From: Deltaproteobacteria bacterium
Lineage (GTDB): Bacteria; Myxococcota_A; Polyangia; Polyangiales; Houyiibacteriaceae
Direction: 5' to 3'
Length of the DNA stretch: 64,000 nt
NCBI GenBank assembly: GCA_034670305.1
Contig: JAXMNT010000008.1
Location: 32,001 to 96,000 of the forward strand
Shown here piece by piece: positions 52,925 to 64,000 of this stretch (within the stretch, counting starts at the first letter, position 1; the number at the start of each line of letters is the position of its first letter). The translations under genes were made by a program, and so were the position numbers. A model generated the notes under the pieces. The model was not told the origin of the DNA. It saw nothing but the letters and a program-made list of their open reading frames with translations, and made no database searches.

Positions 52925-53619
52925 ATGCCGTGGCGTTGGATGAAGCTGCGCGACGCCAAAGTGCTCGCGCGATGTGACGATGCAGGAGAGTTGCGCGTGG
53001 ACAAAGGGCGGGTGGAGATCCGCTACAGCGCCAACGACGGCAAGGCGTACCAAGCCTCCAAGGGCAACCTCAAAGCGTCGGGCGATCCAACCATCTTCGA
53101 GGACGAATTCTGCGCGGCCGCCAAGAAGGTCGGCCCGCCCAAGACGAAGTCGAAGTCGAAGTCGGCCAAAGCGTCTGGGCCCACGCCGAACAAGCCGAGC
53201 GCGGACGAAGTGCTCGTGTACTGCGACGGAGCGTGCAGCGGCAACCCAGGCCCCGCCGGCCTCGGCGTCGTGATGCTCTGGGACGACCACCGCAAAGAAC
53301 TCAGTGAGTTCCTCGGACACGGCACGAACAACATCGCAGAACTCACCGCGATTCTCCGCGCCGTCGAAGGCGCCCCGCCGGGTCGCCGGATCGAGCTCTA
53401 CACGGACTCCACGTACTCGATCGGCGTGCTCACCAAAGGGTGGAAGGCCAAGGCGAACAAGACGCTCATCACGGACATCAGGAACGCGTTGAAGGTCCAC
53501 GGCAAGGTCGCGCTCCACCATGTGAAGGGACACGCGGGCGTGGAGTTGAACGAAGTGGCCGATGGGCTCGCCGTCGCGGCGGTCGAAGCGCGGGCCACCG
53601 CAGGCTGGAACGAAGTCGC

Positions 53620-53623
<4 letters not shown>
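52925..53623 (+). CDS. rnhA: Ribonuclease HI with an N-terminal extension
   Basis: YCDGACSGNPGP, TNNIAEL, YTDS, HVKGHAG..NEVAD. Confidence 0.92.
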
Positions 53624-55146
<1,523 letters not shown>

Positions 55147-55204
55147 GGGCCGGGGCGAAATCGGGCGGCACGGAGGGGCGGCGATCTTGTAAACTCGCGC
55201 GCAG

Positions 55205-56752
55205 ATGCTTCGGATCGACTTTTACGTACAGCACCTCGTCCGTCACAACGCACTGGGCATCGACCTGGTGTCTGGGCAGGCGGTGAAGTTCATCTTCGAC
55301 ACCGGGGAGCGGCAGTCCAACAAGCCGATCGACCACGGGCAGGTGGCCCAGTTGGTCCAGGAGGCGGCGCCGCCGATGGCGCTCGAGGCGTTGCGGCTCA
55401 GTGGCAAGGCGGAGTTCTTCCACAAGTCCGAGGCCGGCATGGACGTGCAGGTCAGTCTCGAAGCACCGACGCCGGGGACGTGGGTCGTCAAGCTGCGGCC
55501 GGCCAGTGGGGGCGCGTCGATGGGACGCGCGAGTCTGCCCGAGCCGATGTCCCCCACGCCACGCGCACCCGCCGCCGCCGCAGCGGCCGTCGCCGCCGTC
55601 GCCGCTGCACCTGCAGCCCCTGCCGCAAGTGCCGCACCGCAGATCCAACTGGGCGCCGACGAACCGCGGATCAACTACTACCTCCGGCTGATGAAGCAGC
55701 TCGGCGCCTCGGACTTGCATCTGTGCAGCGAGTCGCCCCCGCTCGCGCGCATCGACGGCTCGATGAAGCCGCTCGAGGAAGGCCGCGCGCCGCTCTCTTC
55801 GGACGAACTGCGCGCACTGATCATGGAGATCACGCCGCCGAAGAACCGCCAAGAGTTCGACGACTGCATGGACACCGACTTCGCACACACCATCGAAGGC
55901 GTGTGTCGCTTCCGCGCCAACGTGTTCATGGACCGCAAAGGCGTGGGTGGCGTCTTCCGGCAGATCCCCTTCGAGCTCCTCAGTGTCCAGCAGATCGGTT
56001 TGCCGGAGAAGGTGCTCGACCTGTGCTGGTTGTCCAAGGGACTCGTGCTCGTCACAGGGCCGACCGGCTCGGGCAAGAGCACGACGCTGGCCACGCTGAT
56101 CGACTTCATCAACGACAACCGAGACGATCACATCATCACGATCGAAGACCCGATCGAGTTCGTGCACACGAACAAACGTTGCCTGGTGAACCAGCGCGAG
56201 ATCGGCACCCACACCAAGGGCTTCAAGGCCGCGTTGCGCGCCGCGCTGCGTGAAGACCCCGACATCGTACTCGTCGGTGAGATGCGCGACCTCGAGACGA
56301 TCGCCATCGCGATCGAGACCGCAGAGACCGGCCACCTCGTGTTCGGCACGCTGCACACCACGAGCGCGCCAAGCACCGTCGACCGGATCATCGATCAGTT
56401 CCCGCCCGACCAGCAGGAGCAGATCCGCGTGATGCTGTCCGAATCGCTGCGCGGTGTCGTCGCCCAGGTGCTCTGCAAGAAGGAAGGTGGCGGACGGGTC
56501 GCGGCGTACGAAGTCCTCGTCGCCAACAGCGCGGTCGCCAACTTGATCCGAGAGGGCAAGACCTACCAGCTCAAGAGCGTCATGCAGACGGGCAAGAAGC
56601 TCGGCATGCAAACCATGAACGACGACCTGCTCAAGCACGTGCTCGCGGGGCGCGTCTCGGCCGAAGAGGCGTACATGAAGTCGAACGACAAGTCGCTCTT
56701 CAAGACCGCGCTCGCCCACAACAACATCAGCCTCTCGATCGTCGAAGACTGA
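55205..56752 (+). CDS. pilT: Type IV pilus retraction ATPase PilT with an N-terminal extension
   Basis: ASDLHL, GPTGSGKST, TIEDPIE, ALREDPD..LVGEMRD, TLHT, ANLIRE, GMQT. Confidence 0.93.
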   Translation: MLRIDFYVQHLVRHNALGIDLVSGQAVKFIFDTGERQSNKPIDHGQVAQLVQEAAPPMALEALRLSGKAEFFHKSEAGMDVQVSLEAPTPGTWVVKLRPASGGASMGRASLPEPMSPTPRAPAAAAAAVAAVAAAPAAPAASAAPQIQLGADEPRINYYLRLMKQLGASDLHLCSESPPLARIDGSMKPLEEGRAPLSSDELRALIMEITPPKNRQEFDDCMDTDFAHTIEGVCRFRANVFMDRKGVGGVFRQIPFELLSVQQIGLPEKVLDLCWLSKGLVLVTGPTGSGKSTTLATLIDFINDNRDDHIITIEDPIEFVHTNKRCLVNQREIGTHTKGFKAALRAALREDPDIVLVGEMRDLETIAIAIETAETGHLVFGTLHTTSAPSTVDRIIDQFPPDQQEQIRVMLSESLRGVVAQVLCKKEGGGRVAAYEVLVANSAVANLIREGKTYQLKSVMQTGKKLGMQTMNDDLLKHVLAGRVSAEEAYMKSNDKSLFKTALAHNNISLSIVED

Positions 56753-56828
56753 ACGCGCCGCGCTGCCAGCGCTCTCCGACTCGGCATGAAAGGGCTGCTC
56801 GATCGATTGGCGGCTCCACCGCGCCGAA

Positions 56829-57737
56829 CTACTTCTGGCGGCGGAAGCAGTCCTGCACGATGTGCAGCCGTTTTCGCAGACTGGCGCTGTCGTCGATGAA
56901 ACGGGTGGTCACCGAATCGTGGTACCCGCTCGCGTCGGGCAACCGGTCGTCGAGCTCTCGGTAGAACTGGATGATCCGCCGCATGCCGATCTCGCGAACG
57001 TACTTGCCGACCATGCTGGCGATGCCGACGGGCAGATGGTGATCGTCGGCGCTCACTTCGAAGCGCACTTCTCCTTGCGTCGTTTGGTAGACGCTGGAGC
57101 GCGCTTGTTCTTCCTGGACCTTTACTTGGCCCAGCTGTGTGAACCGGGTGCCGTACGACTTGATGCCACCGATCTTGCCGCAGATCGCCAGCACCCTGCC
57201 CGCGGCCCGGTGGGCATCGACCAGCAGGTGTTCGAAGAGACGCAGATCGACGTCGAGTTTGTTGTGCCCGAGCGCAAGGTCCTCGTTCAGCGCTTTGGCG
57301 CACGCCAGCGACGTGCGGACTCGGGTGACACGCACCCCACCCTTCGCCAACCGCGCGAGCACGTCGCGGCCGTGCGCTGGGTCGCCGCCGTAGGTGGGCA
57401 GGCTCAAGGGTTCCGACCAACACTGCTGCGCCGTCGCATCGGTGGGACAGCGCGCCCGAAGGGAGAGCCGGCCGTCGATCGAGATCGCATCGAGCAGCTC
57501 GTCCGGGGTGGTCACCGGGCGGCCGAACGCGCGCTCCGCCAGCGCCAATGCCACCGACTCGATGCCGCCCATGCGCCCGAAGGCCCCCGTCTGCTTGCTG
57601 TCGCCCAGTCCGAGCGAGACGCCGAGCGCGCGCCACTTCGAGGCGTCGTACGCGTCCACCTCGATCGTCGCCGCGGTGGCCACGAGTGGCCCGAGCCGTG
57701 GCCCGAGGCCGTTCTCATCGATTCCGACGACGTACAT
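56829..57737 (-). CDS. Ribonuclease HII-like protein with a variant motif
   Basis: VGIDENGLGPRLGPLV, LGDSK, AD..HLPVGIASMVGK, SGY. Confidence 0.8.
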   Translation of the reverse strand: MYVVGIDENGLGPRLGPLVATAATIEVDAYDASKWRALGVSLGLGDSKQTGAFGRMGGIESVALALAERAFGRPVTTPDELLDAISIDGRLSLRARCPTDATAQQCWSEPLSLPTYGGDPAHGRDVLARLAKGGVRVTRVRTSLACAKALNEDLALGHNKLDVDLRLFEHLLVDAHRAAGRVLAICGKIGGIKSYGTRFTQLGQVKVQEEQARSSVYQTTQGEVRFEVSADDHHLPVGIASMVGKYVREIGMRRIIQFYRELDDRLPDASGYHDSVTTRFIDDSASLRKRLHIVQDCFRRQK

Positions 57738-57882
57738 GCCGGACCATAGCAGTGTGCACCGGCGGGCAACCCGGCGGGCACCGAGGGGTTCTTCGGGCAC
57801 CGCGGTGTTCACCCCACCCTGGGCGGCAAATGAGGGAACGTCTTTGCAACCACCCACCGCAGGCGTATCCTCGGGGGGTTCG

Positions 57883-58659
57883 ATGAAGACACCTGCCGAA
57901 GGGGCGCGGCGAGGGGTGCACATCGGGGGCCTGGGAATGGCCGCCAATGTGGTCCGCGAAGCGCTTCATACCATTGCCAACCGCGAGGTCGCGGTCCGGA
58001 TCATCACGCGCGCGCTGCACCACGCGCAGGAGCAGCAGATCCCCGCCGGTGGGCGTCGGCTCCGCATCTTCGTCGACCGACACCTCCGAACCGCCACCGC
58101 GTTCGTGCTCGACGAGGATTCGGCAGAGCAGCTGTTGGCCCAACTCCAGCCGCTGCTCGCGCGCATTCCGAGCATCGAGCCGGTCGAACGAAGCCGGGCG
58201 GCCAAAGAACTCGACGATCACGTCGGCGTCGCCGGCATCGCGAGTCTCGACGACGAGACCAGCGGCATCATCTTGAGCCGCCCGACCGAAGCCGCCCCCG
58301 TCGACCGCACCGTCCTGATCGCCTCCAAGACCGAAGCGCTGATGGAGCAGCTCGGCGCGGCCGTCTCGGGCGCCCCGCTCTTGCTGATCGACGACATCGT
58401 CACCCTCCTCGACCGGGTCAAAGAGAGCTTCGATCCACCCATCGTCATCGTCGATTGCAGCGCCCCCACGGTTCAGCCGACCACGCTCGCGACGATGGGC
58501 GAAGACCTCCCCGCCGGGGCCGAGGTGGTTCTGTGGGGTCCCGATCCGATCGACGAAGAGACCGCCCGCTCCCTCGTCGAGTCGCCCGACCGTTGGTACA
58601 GCTGCGAGCCCGACCTCCAGTCGTTGATCGCCCTGCTCGGCAAACTGCTCCACGTCTGA
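57883..58659 (+). CDS. Hypothetical protein
   Basis: Coding-like composition, co-oriented with downstream genes; start uncertain (57883 or 57937). Confidence 0.65.
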   Translation: MKTPAEGARRGVHIGGLGMAANVVREALHTIANREVAVRIITRALHHAQEQQIPAGGRRLRIFVDRHLRTATAFVLDEDSAEQLLAQLQPLLARIPSIEPVERSRAAKELDDHVGVAGIASLDDETSGIILSRPTEAAPVDRTVLIASKTEALMEQLGAAVSGAPLLLIDDIVTLLDRVKESFDPPIVIVDCSAPTVQPTTLATMGEDLPAGAEVVLWGPDPIDEETARSLVESPDRWYSCEPDLQSLIALLGKLLHV

Positions 58660-58703
58660 CCGCCGAATCTGCGTTTCGCGCCGAGACCGACTAGGATGGG
58701 GTC

Positions 58704-59597
58704 ATGCCCACCGCCCGACACCGTGCTTCGTCCATCTGGCGCGCGCTGTCCCTCGGCGTCTTGCTCGGGGGCCTGATGTGCGGCTGCGGCGGGCAAGCGC
58801 CGAGCGGCGAGACCGTCTCGCACGGCGACAGCGCGGGGGGCTGGCTCGAACACGGCGCGGTCCTGGCGAACGAAGGACCTGGCTTCGTCCGCGCCCGTCC
58901 CACCGACCCCACCCGCTTTGGACTCCCGCGCCTCGTGCAGCTGATCGAGGTCGCGTCCGCCAGCGTGCTCGAGGTCTACCCGGACTCGGCGCCGCTGCGG
59001 GTCGGTGATCTCTCCGCGCCCCTCGGCGGCCGCCACCACCGCCACCGCAGCCACCGCAGCGGCCGAGACGTGGACCTCATCCTGTACGCGACGGACTTGC
59101 AGGGCGAGAGCGTGCGGGGTCGCGGCTGGGTCGCGTACGACCGCCATGGTGTGGGCGTCGAGCCAACCGACCGAGGTGGTCGCGTGCTTCTCTTCGACGA
59201 TGCGCGGAACTGGCATCTGGTGCGCACGCTGCTGCTCGACGAAGAAGCGCAAGTGCAGTGGATCTTCATCTCGCGTGGACTCAAGGCGCGGCTTTTGCGC
59301 TACGCGGCCGCGCACGAGCCGAACCCGGAAGCGCTCTTCCGCGCGGCCTGGGCGCTGCACCAACCGACCCGGGGCAACCCGCACGCGGACCACTTCCACG
59401 TCCGCATCGCCTGCGGAGCCACGCAGCGCGCGCTGGATTGCCGGGACCGCGGACCGATGTGGAGTTGGTGGCGGGACGCCGTCGTCAAGCGGGACGCCTA
59501 CGCACCGCTGGACGACCAGAGCCTGCTGGCCCAGCTGCTCGCCGACGCGGACGCCGACGCAGACGATGCGGCCGGGGTCGAAGCGGCCTCGAACTGA
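58704..59597 (+). CDS. Penicillin-insensitive murein endopeptidase (MepA-like)
   Basis: VGDLS...GG....HRSHRSGRDVD, HADHFHVR. Confidence 0.88.
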   Translation: MPTARHRASSIWRALSLGVLLGGLMCGCGGQAPSGETVSHGDSAGGWLEHGAVLANEGPGFVRARPTDPTRFGLPRLVQLIEVASASVLEVYPDSAPLRVGDLSAPLGGRHHRHRSHRSGRDVDLILYATDLQGESVRGRGWVAYDRHGVGVEPTDRGGRVLLFDDARNWHLVRTLLLDEEAQVQWIFISRGLKARLLRYAAAHEPNPEALFRAAWALHQPTRGNPHADHFHVRIACGATQRALDCRDRGPMWSWWRDAVVKRDAYAPLDDQSLLAQLLADADADADDAAGVEAASN

Positions 59598-59666
59598 CCC
59601 CTCGCCCCCGGTGGCGCACGCCGCCCGCTTGCACCCACCCATGGAAGGTCTACGTTCGCCCGCCTC

Positions 59667-60659
59667 ATGGCACGACGAGACACGGACCCCAACACCGACG
59701 CGGTTGAACGCGCCTGGGACCTCTTGACCGCGGGCGATCTCGAGGGGGCCCTCGAAGCCGGGCAAGCGGCCAGCGAACGGCTTGATTCACCAGAGGGCCA
59801 ACACGTCTTCGGCCACGTCCTGACCGCCGTCGGCCGACTCGAAGAAGCGCTGGAGCTTCACCGCGCCGCATTGGAACTCGACCCGTCCTACCTCGACGCG
59901 ATGTTGAGTGCGTCGGACGTGCTCATGCGTCTCGGCCGGTTCGACGACGCCGCCGAGGTCGTGGAAGAAGCGCTTGAACTCGTCGAGACCGAAGACGAAC
60001 GCGCGGACGTGCTCCTGCTCCTCATCGACGCCACGTTGGGCTCCGGCCACATGGAACGCGCGCGCAGTCTCGTGGCCTCCTTGCCCGAGGGGCCGCTCGA
60101 GTCGCCGCAGCTCGACTTCTTGATGGGCCGTGCCCGGTTCGATGTCGGTGACGTCGAGGGTGCGGCGATGCCCATCGAACAAGCATCGAAGCAGCTGCCG
60201 CACGACGCGGAGGTCTTCTACTACTTGGGGCTCGTGCGCGAAGCGCTGGGCGATCTCATCGGCTCCGCCGCCGCCTTCCTCGAGTGCCGCCAACTCGACA
60301 TGCGCGCGCCGCGCTTGCCGTTCTCCATCCTGCCGCAACGCTTCGAACGCGAGGTGCAGTCGGTCCTCGGCGAGCTCGCGCCGGAGCAGCGCAGCCAGCT
60401 CGACGGAGTGCTCGTCCTCGTCGACGACCTCCCCGGCGCCGAAGCGGTGAGCGAAGGACTGGACCCCCGGCTCCCCGCCCTCTTCGACGAGGTCGAACTC
60501 GACGACGGCATCGTCCTGCGGCGGCTCTTCGTCTACCAGCGGAACGTCGAACGCCTGCTCCCGCGGTCCGACGAGATGTCCGCCACGCTCGTCACTGTGC
60601 TGACCGAGATCTTGATGGCCGCGTCTCTTCGCAAGACGAACGCGGCGCTCGACGCCTAG
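59667..60659 (+). CDS. TPR protein with a C-terminal zincin-like domain lacking HExxH
   Basis: TPR helices; V.VDDLP...LDPRL.ALF, LFVYQRNVER; VTVLTEI where HExxH is expected. Confidence 0.75.
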   Translation: MARRDTDPNTDAVERAWDLLTAGDLEGALEAGQAASERLDSPEGQHVFGHVLTAVGRLEEALELHRAALELDPSYLDAMLSASDVLMRLGRFDDAAEVVEEALELVETEDERADVLLLLIDATLGSGHMERARSLVASLPEGPLESPQLDFLMGRARFDVGDVEGAAMPIEQASKQLPHDAEVFYYLGLVREALGDLIGSAAAFLECRQLDMRAPRLPFSILPQRFEREVQSVLGELAPEQRSQLDGVLVLVDDLPGAEAVSEGLDPRLPALFDEVELDDGIVLRRLFVYQRNVERLLPRSDEMSATLVTVLTEILMAASLRKTNAALDA

Positions 60660-61387
60660 GCGTCGGGCGGGCCTGCGGGCGCCAGGGTCGCGTCGAGCGG
60701 CGGGCCACCGAGACCTGCCCACACGTCGAGGAACTCCGCCGGAGGCGGCTCCACGAGCGCGAGTTCGTCGCCATCGACCCGCGGCAGGCGCAGCTTCCAG
60801 CAGTGCAGCATCACCCGCCGGGCGGTGACGACGCGCCCGTTGTCGCGCACGAGGCGTTTGGACCCGCCGTACATCACGTCCCCGACGATCGGCACGCCGA
60901 GGTTCGAGGCGTGCACGCGCAGCTGGTGGGTCCGGCCGGTCTCGGGAAACCACTCGACCAGACGGACGGCGCCCGCGTCCGCGCGCACCCGCCAACGGGA
61001 CGCAGACAACCGCTCGCCTTTGCCCTCGGCCGCCACCCTGCGCTTCGGGTTCGCGGGATCGATCGAGATCGGCATCTCGCACCGCCCCTCAGCCGCCAGC
61101 GAACCCTCGCAGAGGGAGAGGTACGATCGGTGGTACGTCCCGTCCTTGCGGGCGGCGAGCAGACGGTGGGTCGCTTCGGCGGTGCGCGCAAACGTGACGA
61201 GCCCAGTGACCTCTGCGTCCAACCGAGAGGTCGGGTGCAACCGAGGCGCGGTCGGATCGAGCGCCTTCACCATCTGCGCGAGGGACCGTCCTTCGCCCGG
61301 GGACGTCGTCGGCAGGAAGGCCGGTTTGCTGACCACGAGCAGATGGTCGTCGCGGTGCCGAACCTCGATCGGCCCCACCTCCCTCAC
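60656..61387 (-). CDS. RluA family pseudouridine synthase
   Basis: VVSKPA, SRLDAEVTG catalytic Asp, TGRTHQLRVH, PIVGD.MYG; GTGA overlap with the upstream gene. Confidence 0.9.
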   Translation of the reverse strand: MREVGPIEVRHRDDHLLVVSKPAFLPTTSPGEGRSLAQMVKALDPTAPRLHPTSRLDAEVTGLVTFARTAEATHRLLAARKDGTYHRSYLSLCEGSLAAEGRCEMPISIDPANPKRRVAAEGKGERLSASRWRVRADAGAVRLVEWFPETGRTHQLRVHASNLGVPIVGDVMYGGSKRLVRDNGRVVTARRVMLHCWKLRLPRVDGDELALVEPPPAEFLDVWAGLGGPPLDATLAPAGPPDA

Positions 61388-64000
61388 CGAGGGTCGCACC
61401 CGGGGCGGGCCTCGCCGGCCACCGCCGTCGCCCGTTTCACGAGCCGCACCTCGCCGCGGTCTCCGTCGACCACGACCTCGTCCCCCGTGCGCAAGATCCG
61501 GGTGCCGTACTTCACGTTCACCACCGCCGGCACGCCGTACTCTCGGAGCACGATGCTGGCGTGGGAGAGTGGTCCGCCGAGATCGGTCACGACCGCCGCC
61601 GCGGTCAAGAAGAGCGGCGCCCAGCCGACGTCGGCGCAGCTCGACACCAACACCTCGCCCGGCTGCACATCCGAGACGTCGTTGGGTCGTTCGATGAGCC
61701 GCACGAGCCCACGGACCCGGCCACCGCTCGCCGCGAGCCCCCGCAGCAGATCCGGATCGTCGCTGGGCGGCATCGCGGACTCGGCAGGCGGTGGGTACCC
61801 CACGAACGTGTCCGGCGGGTCTGGGAGCCGCCGGTCCCGATCGGTTTGCGTGCGTCGCTGGCGGACGCGGGTGGCCACGCTTCCTCCGTGGCGCAACAGG
61901 CCGTGGAGTTCGTCGAGGCTCAGGTAGAAGCCCGCGTCGTCTCCCGCCTCGGGCTCCGAGAGCGCGATCCGACGCGACGCGTCGAGGGCGACCACTCGGA
62001 ACATGCCGAGCACCTCGGTGACGTATCCCCGCAAGCGCTCCCGAAGCCGCGTGAAGCGCTGCACCATCGCCAACACGTGACGCAGCGCGGTCCGACCCGG
62101 CCGTGGCACCCGACGCGCGACTTCCGCTTCGGCGGCTTCGCGCACCGCGAGCTGACGTCGTTCGAGTTCCAGCGGCGTGACGGTGCTCGTGGACTGCAAA
62201 TGCAGCCGCAAGGTCGTCAGTGGAAGCGATGGGTCCTCGCGCCACCGGGGCACCGCCACCTCGGCTTCCCCAGCCCCGCGGTGGCCGTGCGTGTGAAGGA
62301 ACGTCTCGAGCGCACGCCGGGTGGGCCCGTCGGGCAAGTCTTCGACCCGCCGAACCGCGCCATGAAGCAACGCGTCGCTGGCGGCCGGTTCGGCGCGCGC
62401 CATCTCCGCGATGTACCAGAGACGAATGCCGGGCACCGCGCTGTCGAGATCCGCCAAACCGGTCAGCAGATCCCGCTGCAGCGTGTCCGCGCGGTCCCTC
62501 GCGAACAGACGCAGCGCGCCGACGAGCACCACGGCACTCGAGAGCAAGTTGCCGTACGCGGTCAGCATGATCGCACCCGACTCGTCGAGCAGGTGCTCGA
62601 CGTCGGTCAACATCCGATCGAGCGCCGTGCTCGAGAGCACTTGCGGGTCCACGCTGAGCCGCCGACGCTCGGCGGCGAACGTCGCCTCGAACGTCTCGAG
62701 CCGCGCGCTCATCTGGTAGTTCTCGCGGGCGAAGCGCGACGCGGTCACCGGGAGCCGCGCAAGAAACTTCAGCGGACTTCGTCGCTCGACGTCGGACTCG
62801 AGCCGCTCCACCTCGCCGCCGCCTCCGAGCGCGAGAATGGTGCGGGGCGTGAGTCCCGGGATCTGCGAAAGGATCCCCATGAACTCACTCATGTTGAGGT
62901 AGATGCGCCCGCGGAAACATCCGACGAGCTCCGCCTCTTTCGGCACCGTGCAGCCGAGCGACCCGAACGCGCGACGGAATCCCAGATCACTGAACCCACT
63001 GAGGATCGACCAGGTCAGCGGCGTCGCCACGCCCGGCAGCGCTTCGCCCACGTTCACGTTCGACCAAACGATGCGCGACCGCTCGAGCGGATCCGAACGC
63101 TTCTGTTTCCAACGCCGAGTTCCTGGTTGAAGCGCGGTGGTCACCGGCCGCGCTTGGAGCACGTAGAGCGTCTCTCCGGTGAAGGCCCACTCCACGTCGT
63201 GCGGTCCGTGCAGCACCTGCTCGACCCGAAGTGCCATCTCCACCAGCGCCGCCGTCTGGTCTTCGTTCAAAGCGAGGTGGCTGCGTTCGGACTCCGAGAC
63301 GGCCTCCCGGCGGAGTCCCCCGTCTCGATCCACCACCATCCGGCACTCTTTGGAGCCGAGGACGCGATCTCGGGGCGCACGGGTCGCTTTGTCGATGCGC
63401 AACGTGTCGGGAGAGACCGTGCCGTCGACCACGCTGCTCCCCAGCCCAAACGCGGCGTTGATCACGACTTCGCCCGCGTCTCCAGTGAGTGGGTTGACGG
63501 TGAAGAGCACCCCCGCGATGTCGGCCGGCACCATGGCCTGAAGCACCACCCCCACCGAAGGCGTGCTCCAGGTCCCATCGTTGACCCGCAGCCGATCGGC
63601 GTCGGGACGCAAGCGCCGCAGGTACGTCAGGACGGGCGGCGTGAACGCACTCGCCCAGCATGTGCGCACCGCGTCGAGCACCGCGTCTGCATCCCGCACG
63701 TTCAAGACGGTGGTGTGCAGCCCCGCCGCCGACGCTTGGCGCTGGTCTTCTTGGGTCGAAGAAGAACGGACGGCGATGCCGGAGGCACCCTCCCGGACCA
63801 GCGCCGCGAACGCGTCGCGGATCGCCCGCTCCAGCTCGGCGGGGAACGGCGCCGCCTGCAAGCGCGCACGAATGGCGTCGAGTCGCACTGGGTCCAGGTC
63901 CCGTGAGAGCAGCGCCGGAAGCTGGTCGTCCACGGGCAGTGCGGTCTGCACGAACGCGGCGAAACTGGTGGCCGGAACCGCATACGCAGCGGGCACTGGA
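61384..64000 (-). CDS. PEP-utilizing enzyme with ATP-grasp, central and His-swivel domains (rifampin phosphotransferase/PigC-like architecture); 5' end outside the window
   Basis: AVRSSS..ED...SAAG, GVLFTVNP, DVEWA, LQARPVT, C-terminal GGPLSHASIVLREYGVP. Confidence 0.88.
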   Translation of the reverse strand, partial: PVPAAYAVPATSFAAFVQTALPVDDQLPALLSRDLDPVRLDAIRARLQAAPFPAELERAIRDAFAALVREGASGIAVRSSSTQEDQRQASAAGLHTTVLNVRDADAVLDAVRTCWASAFTPPVLTYLRRLRPDADRLRVNDGTWSTPSVGVVLQAMVPADIAGVLFTVNPLTGDAGEVVINAAFGLGSSVVDGTVSPDTLRIDKATRAPRDRVLGSKECRMVVDRDGGLRREAVSESERSHLALNEDQTAALVEMALRVEQVLHGPHDVEWAFTGETLYVLQARPVTTALQPGTRRWKQKRSDPLERSRIVWSNVNVGEALPGVATPLTWSILSGFSDLGFRRAFGSLGCTVPKEAELVGCFRGRIYLNMSEFMGILSQIPGLTPRTILALGGGGEVERLESDVERRSPLKFLARLPVTASRFARENYQMSARLETFEATFAAERRRLSVDPQVLSSTALDRMLTDVEHLLDESGAIMLTAYGNLLSSAVVLVGALRLFARDRADTLQRDLLTGLADLDSAVPGIRLWYIAEMARAEPAASDALLHGAVRRVEDLPDGPTRRALETFLHTHGHRGAGEAEVAVPRWREDPSLPLTTLRLHLQSTSTVTPLELERRQLAVREAAEAEVARRVPRPGRTALRHVLAMVQRFTRLRERLRGYVTEVLGMFRVVALDASRRIALSEPEAGDDAGFYLSLDELHGLLRHGGSVATRVRQRRTQTDRDRRLPDPPDTFVGYPPPAESAMPPSDDPDLLRGLAASGGRVRGLVRLIERPNDVSDVQPGEVLVSSCADVGWAPLFLTAAAVVTDLGGPLSHASIVLREYGVPAVVNVKYGTRILRTGDEVVVDGDRGEVRLVKRATAVAGEARPGCDPR

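Noticed and set aside
59541-59570. Short ADADAD repeat at the MepA C-terminus (and KSKSKS in RNase HI)
   Set aside because: Only 3-5 units; cannot be distinguished from ordinary low-complexity coding sequence
61384-64000. Call as ppsA or as a rifampin resistance gene
   Set aside because: No pyruvate-binding domain, and RPH-specific residues or an RAE element cannot be confirmed from the partial gene

Overview
Very GC-rich bacterial chromosomal DNA. The gene content (Cys/Asp-rich putative metal-binding repeat lipoproteins, a large Ser/Thr kinase, an FHA protein, an ECF sigma/FecR-like pair, pilT, a MepA-like peptidase) suggests Myxococcota, probably Polyangia/Sandaracinaceae-like; this is an inference. 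About 55 real CDSs are present, including icd, a stand-alone fusA, arsH, ada-alkB, fabH, rnhA, pilT, three LysR modules and a TonB-receptor operon with a Zur-type box. Most other ORFs in the track are GC-rich shadow frames. No rRNA, tRNA, CRISPR array, transposase or integrase was seen. The most unusual signal is a family of at least nine long degenerate hexamer tracts, mostly keeping a C-N-G every 6 nt and often ending in 7-nt units. They sit just after stop codons or in frame inside genes. One pair of tracts brackets a small four-helix-bundle (Avd/IVS-like) gene. Its upstream DNA folds into a long hairpin rich in C-GNA-G DNA triloops, with the geometry of a single-strand-specific (Frpo-like) promoter aimed at that gene. 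A probable decayed second copy lies inside a MITE-like element next to icd. Together these look like a candidate undescribed ssDNA-activated, repeat-associated element. All family assignments come from motif recognition, not database searches.
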